Part shown: positions 8,438 to 16,691 of the stretch, in pieces | Position numbering within the stretch: position 1 is the stretch's first letter | Layout: each line of letters begins with the position of its first letter | DNA from: Burkholderiales bacterium | GTDB lineage: Bacteria; Pseudomonadota; Gammaproteobacteria; Burkholderiales; SG8-39 | Assembly: GCA_035577785.1 (NCBI GenBank) | Contig: DATLUZ010000297.1 | Coordinates: 7,802-71,801 of the forward strand | Direction of reading: 5' to 3' | DNA length: 64,000 nt | The notes under the pieces: model-generated | What the model was told of the DNA's origin: nothing | Seen by the model: the letters and a program-made list of their open reading frames with translations, nothing else | Databases searched by the model: none | Position numbers and translations under genes: made by a program

Positions 8438-10410
8438 CTCGAGAGCTCCGGCAGGTCCCTGAAGAGCTCGAGCGCTTCGGGATTCGCCAGCGCGTCGGTG
8501 TTGGTCACCGGCATGCCGTGCACCACCGCCTTGACCGCGAGCTCGACCACCTTGCCGTTCTTGGTCCGCGGGATGTCGTCCACCTGGACGATGCGCGCGG
8601 GCACATGGCGCGGCGAGGCGTGGCGCCGGATCTCGAAGCGGATGCGCTCCTCGAGGTGGTCCTCGAGACGCTGTCCGTCCCTAAGCTTCACGAACAGCAC
8701 GACGCGCGTATCGGTCGGCTGCTCGGGCGGCCAGAGCTGGCCGATGGCCACCGCCTCCTCGACCTCGTCGATGCGCTCGACCACGCGGTAGATCTCTGCG
8801 GTGCCGATGCGCACGCCGCCGGGGTTGAGAGTGGCGTCGGAGCGCCCGTAGACGAGCATCGTGCCGCGCTCGGTGAGCTCGGACCAGTCGCCGTGCGTCC
8901 AGACGCCGGGGTACTTGGCGAAGTAGGCCGAGTGATAGCGCTCGCCGCCGCGGTCGTTCCAGAACCCGAGCGGCATCGAAGGAAAGGGCTTGGTGCACAC
9001 GAGCTCGCCCTTCTTTCCGACCACGGAGTTGGCCTCTTCGTCGAACACCTCGACCGCCATGCCGAGCGAGCGGCACTGCAGCTCGCCTCGATAAACCGGC
9101 AGCACGGCGCTCGCGTCGGCAAAGGCGCCCATGATGTCGGTGCCGCCGGAGATGGAGGCGAGGCACGCGTCGCTCTTGACGGCGTCGTAGACGTAGTCGA
9201 AGCCCTCGGGCGCGAGCGGCGATCCGGTCGACAGGATCATGCGCACCGAGCCCAGGTCGTGCGTGTCGCGCGGCCGCAGGCCGCGCTTCGCCGCGGCATC
9301 GATGAACTTGGCCGAGGTGCCGAAATGGGTGATGCGCTCCTTCTCGGCATAGTCGAAGAGAATGCGGCCGTTGCGGGCGAAGGGCGAGCCGTCGTACAGC
9401 ATCACGCTCGCCTCCGCCGCGAGCGCCATGAAGAGGAGGTTCCACACCACCCAGTTCGTGGTGCAGTAGTAGAAGTAGCGCTCGCCCGGGCGCAGGTCGA
9501 AGTGCAGCTTGAACATCTTCAGCGCCTGCAGCAGCGTTCCGCCGGCGCCGTGCACGATGCACTTGGGCTTGCCGGTCGTGCCCGAGGTAAACAGGATGAA
9601 CACCGGGTGATCGAACGGCAGCTGCGCGAAAGCGATGTCGCCGGGCGTGTAACGGCGCAGCCATTCGCCGAGCGTCACGGCCTTGGGAATCTCCGACACG
9701 TCGACCTTCGGATCGAGATGCGGCACCACCACGACCTTCCGCACGCTCGGCAGCTTTTCCACCAGAGCGGCGACGCGCTCGAGCGAGTCGTGCGTCTCGC
9801 CGTTGTAGCGGTAGCCATCGGCGCAGAACAGCACCTTGGGCTCGATCTGGCCGAAGCGCTCGAGCACGCCTTCGACGCCGAAATCCGGCGAGCAGGAAGA
9901 CCACACGATGCCCTGCGACAGCGCCGCAAGCGCGAGCATTCCGGCCTCGGGAAGGTTTGGAATGAACGCCGCGGCGCGCTCGCCGGCGCGCAATCCGAGC
10001 GCGGCCAGCGCCTGGGCGGCGCGCGAGGCGTCGCTGTAGAGGTCGGCGTACGAGACTCGCCGCCGGGGACCGGATTCGTCCCAGAATACGAAGGCGTCGC
10101 CGCGATCGCCGCGGCGCATGAGGTTCTCGGCGAGGTTGAGGCGCGCCTCCGGGAACCAGCGCGCGCCGGGCATCTTGTCGCCGTCGACCAACACTGCGGC
10201 GCCCTTGCGCGAGGCGAGCACGCCGCAGAAATCCCACGTGTCGGACCAGAACTCTTCCGGCCGCTCGACCGACCAGCGGTAGAAATCCGGGTAGCTGTTC
10301 AGCTCGAGGCGGCGCTTTCGCACGACCTGGCGCGCGAATTGCGTGAGCTGCGCCTCCTCGACGGCGCGCTCGCTCGGCTGCCAAAGTATCCGCGGCGCAT
10401 TCGCCGTCAT
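8434..10410 (-). CDS. aacS: Acetoacetyl-CoA synthetase (acetoacetate-CoA ligase)
   Basis: ORF 8434..10569 trimmed to ATG 10410 (MTANAPRILWQPS...), giving 658 aa. It has AMP-binding motif FTSGTTGKPK and the N- and C-terminal layout of acetoacetyl-CoA synthetases. Confidence 0.9.
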   Translation of the reverse strand: MTANAPRILWQPSERAVEEAQLTQFARQVVRKRRLELNSYPDFYRWSVERPEEFWSDTWDFCGVLASRKGAAVLVDGDKMPGARWFPEARLNLAENLMRRGDRGDAFVFWDESGPRRRVSYADLYSDASRAAQALAALGLRAGERAAAFIPNLPEAGMLALAALSQGIVWSSCSPDFGVEGVLERFGQIEPKVLFCADGYRYNGETHDSLERVAALVEKLPSVRKVVVVPHLDPKVDVSEIPKAVTLGEWLRRYTPGDIAFAQLPFDHPVFILFTSGTTGKPKCIVHGAGGTLLQALKMFKLHFDLRPGERYFYYCTTNWVVWNLLFMALAAEASVMLYDGSPFARNGRILFDYAEKERITHFGTSAKFIDAAAKRGLRPRDTHDLGSVRMILSTGSPLAPEGFDYVYDAVKSDACLASISGGTDIMGAFADASAVLPVYRGELQCRSLGMAVEVFDEEANSVVGKKGELVCTKPFPSMPLGFWNDRGGERYHSAYFAKYPGVWTHGDWSELTERGTMLVYGRSDATLNPGGVRIGTAEIYRVVERIDEVEEAVAIGQLWPPEQPTDTRVVLFVKLRDGQRLEDHLEERIRFEIRRHASPRHVPARIVQVDDIPRTKNGKVVELAVKAVVHGMPVTNTDALANPEALELFRDLPELSS

Positions 10411-10415
10411 GCTGG

Positions 10416-10443
10416 TGTCTCCGGCCTGCAGTTGTCTCCGGCC
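10416..10443 (-). repeat. Two direct copies of GGCCGGAGACA (17-nt period) in the aacS leader
   Basis: tgtctccggcc occurs at 10416-10426 and 10433-10443 (plus-strand reading), between the TATAAT box and ATG 10410. Confidence 0.7.
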
Positions 10444-10456
10444 GATTTCGCGCAGC

Positions 10457-10462
10457 ATTATA
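10457..10462 (-). promoter_or_regulatory. Consensus -10 hexamer TATAAT upstream of aacS
   Basis: Reverse complement of attata at 10457-10462. It lies in the only AT-rich patch of the 58-bp aacS/putA divergent spacer. Confidence 0.35.
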
Positions 10463-10468
10463 TGGCCC

Positions 10469-13423
10469 ATGGATGAACGCATCCGACAGGACCACCGCCT
10501 CGCGGAGGCGGCGGCGATCGAACGCCTGCGCGCCCTGCAGCCCGATCGCGAGGCGTCGCATCGGATCACCGAGCAGGCGCTGAGCCTGGCACGCGAGGTG
10601 CGATCGACGCGCCCGGCCGCCCTCAGCGCCGAGTCGTTCCTCCGCCACTATGGCCTGTCGACGCCGGAGGGCGTTGCCCTGATGTGCGTGGCCGAAGCGC
10701 TCCTGCGCATCCCGGATCCCGAGACTGCCGACGCCCTTCTGCGCGAGAAGCTCTCCGCCGGAGAATGGGGCAAAAGCGGGGGCAAAGGCGGGGCGGCCCA
10801 CGAGGACGACTCCTGGGCCGCGAGCGCGGCCGATTGGGCGCTCATGCTGACCGGCACGCTCGCGCGCTGGCGCGAAGCGCAGGCCGAGCCGATCGCCCAG
10901 CTCAAGCGCCTCGCCGCGCGCCTGGGCGAGCCGGTGGTGCGCACGGCGGTGCGCCAGGCCATGCGCATCCTCGCAAGCCAGTTCGTGATCGGGGAGACGA
11001 TCGATGAAGCTGTGACCCGCGGCCGCGCGTTCGAAGCCTATCGCTTCTCCTACGACATGCTGGGCGAGGCTGCGCGCACCGCCGAGGACGCGGCGCGCTA
11101 CTTCGACGCTTATTGCCGCGCGATCCGCGGCACGCCGGCGGGCGACGGCGTGTCGGTGAAGCTCTCCGCGCTGCATCCGCGCTTCGAGGAGGGGAAGCGC
11201 GCACGCGTGCTCGACGAGCTCGCGCCGCGCGTCGCCCAGCTCATCCGCCTCGCCGAGCAAAGCGCGGTCGGGATCACGATCGACGCCGAAGAGTCCGAGC
11301 GGCTCGAGCTCACGCTCGAGCTTTTCGAGCTGCTGAGCCGCGGCCATACGCTCGGTCTCGCCGTCCAGGCCTACCAGAAGCGCGCGCTCGCCGTTTGCGA
11401 CTGGCTGGTCGGCCTGCGGCGCCGTATCTCGGTGCGGCTGGTGAAGGGAGCGTACTGGGACGGCGAGGTCAAACGGGCGCAGCAGCTCGGCATGGCCGAC
11501 TACCCGGTGTTCACCCGGAAATCCGCGACCGACCTCTCCTACGTGGCGTGCGCGCGGCAGCTTCTCGCCGCGCCGGCGACGCTCTATCCGGCGTTCGCGA
11601 CCCACAACTGCCGCACGGTCGCGACGATCTTCGAGCTCGCGGGCGACCGCCCATTCGAATTCCAGAAGCTCTTCGGGATGGGCGACACGCTGTACGAGGT
11701 GCTTTCGCGCACGCGCGCGTTCGCCTGCCGCATCTATGCGCCGGTCGGGAGCTTCACCGACCTGCTGCCCTACCTCGTGCGCCGGCTGCTCGAGAACGGC
11801 GCCAACACATCCTTCGTCCACCAGATCGCCGACCCGGCGGTGCCGCTCGAGGCGCTGGTCGCCGATCCCCTGGAAGCCCTGCCCCAGCCGTACAGTCCCG
11901 ATCCGCGCATCCCACTTCCGCGCGAGCTCTATCCGGATCGCCTGAACTCGCTCGGGCTCGACCTCGCGCGCGAGGATGTTCTGCATTCGCTCGCCGAGAG
12001 GATTCGTTCCGACCGCGGCCGCGAGAATCTGGCCGCGGTGGAGAGCACCACCGCCCAGGAGCTCGACTTCAGCATCGCGCGCGCCGCGTCGGCGTTCGAT
12101 TCGTGGACCCGCGTGCCGGCGCCCGGGCGCGGCGCCGCGCTCGAACGTGCGGCCGATGCGATGGAACGGCGCATGCCGGAGCTCGTTTCACTCATCGTGC
12201 GCGAGGGCGGCCGCACCTATGCAGACGCGGTGTCGGAAGTGCGCGAGGCGGCCGACTTCTGTCGGTACTACGCCCTGCAGGCGAGAAAGCACTTCGAAAC
12301 CCCGTTTCGGCTCTCCGGGCCGGCCGGGGAGAAAAACGAACTTTTTCTTCACGGCCGCGGAGTGTTTGCCTGCATCGCGCCGTGGAACTTTCCGCTCGCC
12401 ATCTTCACCGGCCAGGTCGCGGCCGCGCTCGCCGCGGGAAACACGGTCATCGCGAAGCCCGCCGAGCAGACGCCCCGGATCGGCTGGCGTGCCGTCGAAA
12501 TCCTGCACCAGGCCGGCATCCCGGCCGACGTCCTGTCGTGCGCGGTGGGCGACGGCGAGACGCTCGGCGCGCCGCTCGTCGCCGACCCTCGCATCGCCGG
12601 CGTCGCCTTCACCGGCTCGGACGAGACCGCGCGGCGGATCAACGCGGCGCTCGCGGCCCGTTCCGGACCGATCGCGACGCTGATCGCGGAAACGGGCGGC
12701 GTCAACGCCATGCTGGTCGACGCTTCCGCCCTGCCCGAGCAGGTTGTCGACGACGTCGTCGTTTCTGCGTTCCAGAGCGCCGGCCAGCGCTGCTCGGCGC
12801 AGCGCATCCTCTTCGTGGACGAGGGCTGCGCCGCGCGCGTGATGCGCCTGCTCGCCGGCGCGCTCGGCGAGCTGAAGGTGGGCGATCCCGCCGAGCCCGA
12901 CACGGATGTCGGCCCCATCATCGACGCCCCGGCCCGCGCGGCGCTTGCTCGGCACGTCGAGAAGCTCCGGGCGGGCGCAAGACTGATCGGCGAGGCGCGC
13001 GCTCCCTCGTCGGGCAACTACATCGCTCCGATCGCCTTCGAGATGCCGATCGAAGCGCTGCCCCAAACCGAGGTTTTTGGCCCGGTTCTCCATGTCTGCG
13101 TTTACCGCAGAGACGACCTCGGGCGAGTGCTGCAGTGGATTCGCGACACCGGCTACGGCCTCACGCTCGGCGTGCACAGTCGCATCCAGAGCTTCGTCGA
13201 CACCGTGGTGCGCGAAGCGCGGGTGGGCAACGTCTACGTCAACCGCAGCATGATCGGCGCGGTCGTCGGCGTGCAGCCTTTCGGCGGCGAAGGGCTCTCG
13301 GGCACCGGCCCGAAGGCCGGCGGGCCGCACTATCTCTTCAGGTTCGCGACCGAGCGGACGCTGACCGTCAACACCGCGGCAGTCGGCGGCGTCACAGAGC
13401 TCCTCACCCGGCCTTTGAAGTGA
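10469..13423 (+). CDS. putA: Bifunctional proline dehydrogenase / 1-pyrroline-5-carboxylate dehydrogenase PutA (no DNA-binding domain)
   Basis: ORF 10343..13423 trimmed to ATG 10469 (MDERIRQ...), giving 984 aa. It has a PRODH barrel (VRLVKGAYWD) followed by an aldehyde dehydrogenase domain with catalytic Cys in SAGQRCSA. Confidence 0.9.
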   Translation: MDERIRQDHRLAEAAAIERLRALQPDREASHRITEQALSLAREVRSTRPAALSAESFLRHYGLSTPEGVALMCVAEALLRIPDPETADALLREKLSAGEWGKSGGKGGAAHEDDSWAASAADWALMLTGTLARWREAQAEPIAQLKRLAARLGEPVVRTAVRQAMRILASQFVIGETIDEAVTRGRAFEAYRFSYDMLGEAARTAEDAARYFDAYCRAIRGTPAGDGVSVKLSALHPRFEEGKRARVLDELAPRVAQLIRLAEQSAVGITIDAEESERLELTLELFELLSRGHTLGLAVQAYQKRALAVCDWLVGLRRRISVRLVKGAYWDGEVKRAQQLGMADYPVFTRKSATDLSYVACARQLLAAPATLYPAFATHNCRTVATIFELAGDRPFEFQKLFGMGDTLYEVLSRTRAFACRIYAPVGSFTDLLPYLVRRLLENGANTSFVHQIADPAVPLEALVADPLEALPQPYSPDPRIPLPRELYPDRLNSLGLDLAREDVLHSLAERIRSDRGRENLAAVESTTAQELDFSIARAASAFDSWTRVPAPGRGAALERAADAMERRMPELVSLIVREGGRTYADAVSEVREAADFCRYYALQARKHFETPFRLSGPAGEKNELFLHGRGVFACIAPWNFPLAIFTGQVAAALAAGNTVIAKPAEQTPRIGWRAVEILHQAGIPADVLSCAVGDGETLGAPLVADPRIAGVAFTGSDETARRINAALAARSGPIATLIAETGGVNAMLVDASALPEQVVDDVVVSAFQSAGQRCSAQRILFVDEGCAARVMRLLAGALGELKVGDPAEPDTDVGPIIDAPARAALARHVEKLRAGARLIGEARAPSSGNYIAPIAFEMPIEALPQTEVFGPVLHVCVYRRDDLGRVLQWIRDTGYGLTLGVHSRIQSFVDTVVREARVGNVYVNRSMIGAVVGVQPFGGEGLSGTGPKAGGPHYLFRFATERTLTVNTAAVGGVTELLTRPLK

Positions 13424-13440
13424 AGACCTGCTGATCGAAG

Positions 13441-14259
13441 CTAGCGCGCGCTCATCAGCTCGCGCGCCGTCGACTTGTTGTGCTCGTACATGCGGCGGTT
13501 GTATTCGACGACATAGGCGTGCTGCTTGCCGATGCGCACGCTCGCGTCGTGGCCAAGGCTTTCGTAGCACGACGCGCCGAGGGGCTTCACACCGATCGTC
13601 CAGGGCGACGCGGTTTCCTTGCCGGCTTCCGCGGCGGGATAACCGGATACCTCGTCCACGCACTGGCGCATCGACATGTAGCGGCGGTCGCCGGCCTTGA
13701 TCGCCTGGGCCACCGCCTGCTCCACCGGAACCTGGGTCAGGGTGTCGGGTGCGCCCTTGCCCGCCGCCAAACGCGCGCCCAACGGCTCGCCGTCGACCAT
13801 GTCGGCGATCGGGCCGGCGACGTGGATCGCAACCACGATGCCAAAGGCGGTGCACACCGCCCGTATCGGTGTCCATTTCACGACAACTGGCCAGGCGCGC
13901 TTGAGGAAGAAGATCATCGTTCCCACGCCGACGATGGCGAGCGCGACAATCGGATGGCGCTCGCAGATCCCATAGGTGTAAGCAGAAAGCTTCGCCGCGA
14001 AGGGCATCGCCTGCTCGAGCATCCTCCAGCCCTTGTGCGCGAAGGCCATGACGTAGACGAGCGATGAAACCGCGATCAGCCAGCCACCAGCGACAAAGGC
14101 GAGGTTGCTCGGCAGGCTGTAAGGCCGCCATTCCTGCTGCAGCAGCACGAAGACTGCGAGCGCCACAACCGTGAGCAGCGCGACGGCCAGAATATGCTCG
14201 CTGAAGGCCCGCTGCACGAGGGTGGGCCAGGAGCTGACGAAGTTGACGATGGCGTCCAT
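13441..14259 (-). CDS. Hypothetical integral membrane protein with soluble C-terminal domain
   Basis: 272 aa. GGAGG lies 5 nt before ATG 14259. There are 4-5 predicted TM helices followed by about 110 hydrophilic residues, with no recognisable family motif. Confidence 0.7.
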   Translation of the reverse strand: MDAIVNFVSSWPTLVQRAFSEHILAVALLTVVALAVFVLLQQEWRPYSLPSNLAFVAGGWLIAVSSLVYVMAFAHKGWRMLEQAMPFAAKLSAYTYGICERHPIVALAIVGVGTMIFFLKRAWPVVVKWTPIRAVCTAFGIVVAIHVAGPIADMVDGEPLGARLAAGKGAPDTLTQVPVEQAVAQAIKAGDRRYMSMRQCVDEVSGYPAAEAGKETASPWTIGVKPLGASCYESLGHDASVRIGKQHAYVVEYNRRMYEHNKSTARELMSAR

Positions 14260-14333
14260 AGCGCCTCCTTCTTGGATTCGCCAAGCTATCCAAGCCCTTC
14301 AGGCGCGGCAAGCAACTATGTCAGGCTGAGCGG

Positions 14334-14359
14334 CGCGGCGTGACTTGCATCACGCCGCG
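14334..14359 (-). terminator. GC-rich hairpin 9 nt after the dehydrogenase stop (no U-tract)
   Basis: Stem gcggcgtga/tcacgccgc with a 6-nt loop. Confidence 0.3.
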
Positions 14360-14368
14360 GTGTTGCAG

Positions 14369-15631
14369 CTACGCTCTGCGCACCATCGCCGGCGTGAGCG
14401 CCTTGATCGAAGGCGCGCCGACCTGCTGCATGATCGCGCGCAACTCGACGCGCAGCAGCTCCATCACCCGCTCCACGCCGGGCTGCCCGAACGCGCCGAG
14501 TCCCCAGATATACGGCCGTCCGACGCACACGCCCTGCGCGCCCATGGCGAGCGCCTTGACGATGTCGGTGCCGCGGCGGAAGCCGCTGTCGACGAAGATC
14601 GGGATGCGACCGCGCACTGCCTCGACGATCTCGGGCAGCGCGTCGATGGTAGAGCGGCCGCTGTCTTCGCTGCGCGCGCCATGGTTGGAGACGATGATTC
14701 CATCCATGCCCTGCTCCGCGGCGAGAACCGCGTCCTCGTGCGCGAGGATGCCCTTGAGCACGATTTTCATCTTGGTCGTATCGCGCAGCCGCTTGAGGAA
14801 ATCCCAGGTCATATTCGACGACTGGGTATTCGTCAAACCCGACACATCGACACCCTCATACATCGCTCGGCGCTTCAGGCTTGCCTGCAGGCTGCTGCGG
14901 TCGTGGCAGGTGGCGCACTCCCGCTTGTCGGTGCGCTGAAGCCTGAAAAGCGTCTCCTGGTTGCGTCCGCCGCTGCGGTCCACCGTCACCGCGACGACCG
15001 GACAGCCCGCTTTCTCCGCCCGTGTGACGAACGCCTTTGCGACGTCCCATTTGTTCGTCGCGTAGAGCTGGTACCACACCGGCGCGCCGCGTGCAGCGGT
15101 GACCTCCTCGACCGACGACGTCGTCGCGGTCGACAGGATCATGAGATGGTTGCCCGCCCGCGCGCCCCGGGCCACCGCGATTTCGCCTTCCTGGTGGAAC
15201 GACTTCTGCCCGCCCACCGGCGCAATGATGATGGGGCTGGCGTAGCGCACGCCGAGGATCTCGGTGCTCATGTCGACCTTGCTCACGTCGACCAGCCGGC
15301 GCGGCCTGAGCTGGAACTTGAGGAAGCCTTCGCGGTTGGCGCGGAGCGTCACCTCGTCGTCGATGCCCGAGGCCATGTAGCCGAAGTGCGCCGGCGGGAC
15401 GTTCTTGCGCGCCACCGGCTCGAAGTCGAACACGTTGATCGCGTCCTTCGGCGAGGCGATCAGGTCTTCCGTGCGCATCGGCGCCCACATGATCGGATCG
15501 GGCAGCTTGGACGGCGCGAGCGGCCCGTCCGCGCCCAGTGCGCCCAGCCCGGGCCAGGCGAGGAGCGGACTTCCCGCGAGGAATTCCAGAAAGCGGCGGC
15601 GGCTTTCGGTTCTGATCTTCGAGTCGGGCAC
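14369..15631 (-). CDS. FMN-dependent alpha-hydroxy-acid dehydrogenase/oxidase (LldD/glycolate-oxidase family) with twin-arginine signal
   Basis: ORF 14369..15658. I prefer GTG 15631, which lies 5 nt after AGGGAGG. Tat motif SRRRFLE is followed by a hydrophobic stretch and LGA. Family motifs are VSNHGARS and DSGFRRGTD. An insert carries CATCH. Confidence 0.85.
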   Translation of the reverse strand: MPDSKIRTESRRRFLEFLAGSPLLAWPGLGALGADGPLAPSKLPDPIMWAPMRTEDLIASPKDAINVFDFEPVARKNVPPAHFGYMASGIDDEVTLRANREGFLKFQLRPRRLVDVSKVDMSTEILGVRYASPIIIAPVGGQKSFHQEGEIAVARGARAGNHLMILSTATTSSVEEVTAARGAPVWYQLYATNKWDVAKAFVTRAEKAGCPVVAVTVDRSGGRNQETLFRLQRTDKRECATCHDRSSLQASLKRRAMYEGVDVSGLTNTQSSNMTWDFLKRLRDTTKMKIVLKGILAHEDAVLAAEQGMDGIIVSNHGARSEDSGRSTIDALPEIVEAVRGRIPIFVDSGFRRGTDIVKALAMGAQGVCVGRPYIWGLGAFGQPGVERVMELLRVELRAIMQQVGAPSIKALTPAMVRRA

Positions 15632-15682
15632 GTTCACCTCCCTAAAGGCGCTCTTCACTTCAGGTGTTCTTCACTTCATGAA

Positions 15683-16654
15683 TCAGTCTATCCGCGCGCC
15701 GGAGGCCTTGACCACCGGCGCCCACTTGGCGATCTCGCTCTTCACGAACTCCGCGAACTGCGCCGGCGTGTTCGGCGAGAAGCGCGCGCCCTCGTTCGGC
15801 AGCCGCGCCTGGATCTCGGGCGAGGCCATGATTCGCATGGCTTCGGAATTCCACCGCTGGACGATGCCCGCAGGGGTGCCGGCGGGCGCGAACAGGCCGA
15901 TCCAGTTGTTGACCTCGAATCCCGGCAGCGCCTCGCCGACGGTAGGCAATTCCGGGGTCGCGGCGGCGCGCGCATGGCCCATGGTGGCGAGCGCGCGGAG
16001 CTTCCCCGCCTTCGCTTGCGCCAGCACGGTGGGCATGGTGGCAAAGAGGAGCGAGGTCTGCCCCGCGAGCAGCTCGGTGATGGCGGGGACGTTCCCTTTG
16101 TAGGGCACGTGGGTCAGGTCGATCTTCGCCATCGTCTTGAAGAGCTCTCCGGCGAGATGGCTCGCCGTCCCCATGCCGGCTGACGCGAACGTAAGCTCCC
16201 CGGGCCGCGCCCGGGCGAGCGCGATCAGCTCGCCGACGCCGTTCGCGGGCACCGAGGGATGCACCACCAGCAGGCCCTCGGCCTCGAGCACGAGCACGAC
16301 GGCGGCAAAATCCTTCACCGGGTCGTAGGGCAGCTTGGAAAAGAGCGTCACGTTGACCGCGTGCGTGCCGACCGCGCCCATGACCAGCGTGTAGCCGTCG
16401 GGCGGCGACTTCGCCACGGCTTCGGCCGCGATGGTGCCGCCGGCGCCGGCGCGGTTTTCGACCAGCACCGGCTGGCCCCAGCTTTCGGCGACGCGCTGGC
16501 CGATGATCCGCGCATAGATGTCGGCGATGCCGCCGACCGGGAATGCGCAGATGATGCGGATCGGCTTTGACGGGTAGGGCTGCGCGCGCGCCTCCAAGCC
16601 CCATGCAATGCAAAGGGCAAGGCCAAGCGCGCCAAGCCGACCTAGAATTGCCAT
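15683..16654 (-). CDS. Bug-family (TctC-like) tripartite tricarboxylate transporter substrate-binding protein, orphan
   Basis: 323 aa with a signal peptide, YPSKPIRIICAFPVGG and VENRAGAGG motifs. No tctA/tctB lies nearby. Confidence 0.9.
   Translation of the reverse strand: MAILGRLGALGLALCIAWGLEARAQPYPSKPIRIICAFPVGGIADIYARIIGQRVAESWGQPVLVENRAGAGGTIAAEAVAKSPPDGYTLVMGAVGTHAVNVTLFSKLPYDPVKDFAAVVLVLEAEGLLVVHPSVPANGVGELIALARARPGELTFASAGMGTASHLAGELFKTMAKIDLTHVPYKGNVPAITELLAGQTSLLFATMPTVLAQAKAGKLRALATMGHARAAATPELPTVGEALPGFEVNNWIGLFAPAGTPAGIVQRWNSEAMRIMASPEIQARLPNEGARFSPNTPAQFAEFVKSEIAKWAPVVKASGARID
16643..16648 (+). promoter_or_regulatory. TAGAAT -10-like hexamer upstream of gdh, encoded inside codons 3-4 (ATT CTA) of the divergent Bug gene
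   Basis: One of seven correctly oriented TAGAAT copies. A second candidate, TAGAAC, is at 16676-16681. Confidence 0.3.
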
Positions 16655-16691
16655 TCCTCGCTCCCGCGCCTAGTGTAGAACAGCGACCAGG

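Noticed and set aside
8681-11986. 1101-aa minus-strand ORF
   Set aside because: It is off-frame over aacS and antisense to putA. It has an Arg/Ala-rich composition and no motifs.
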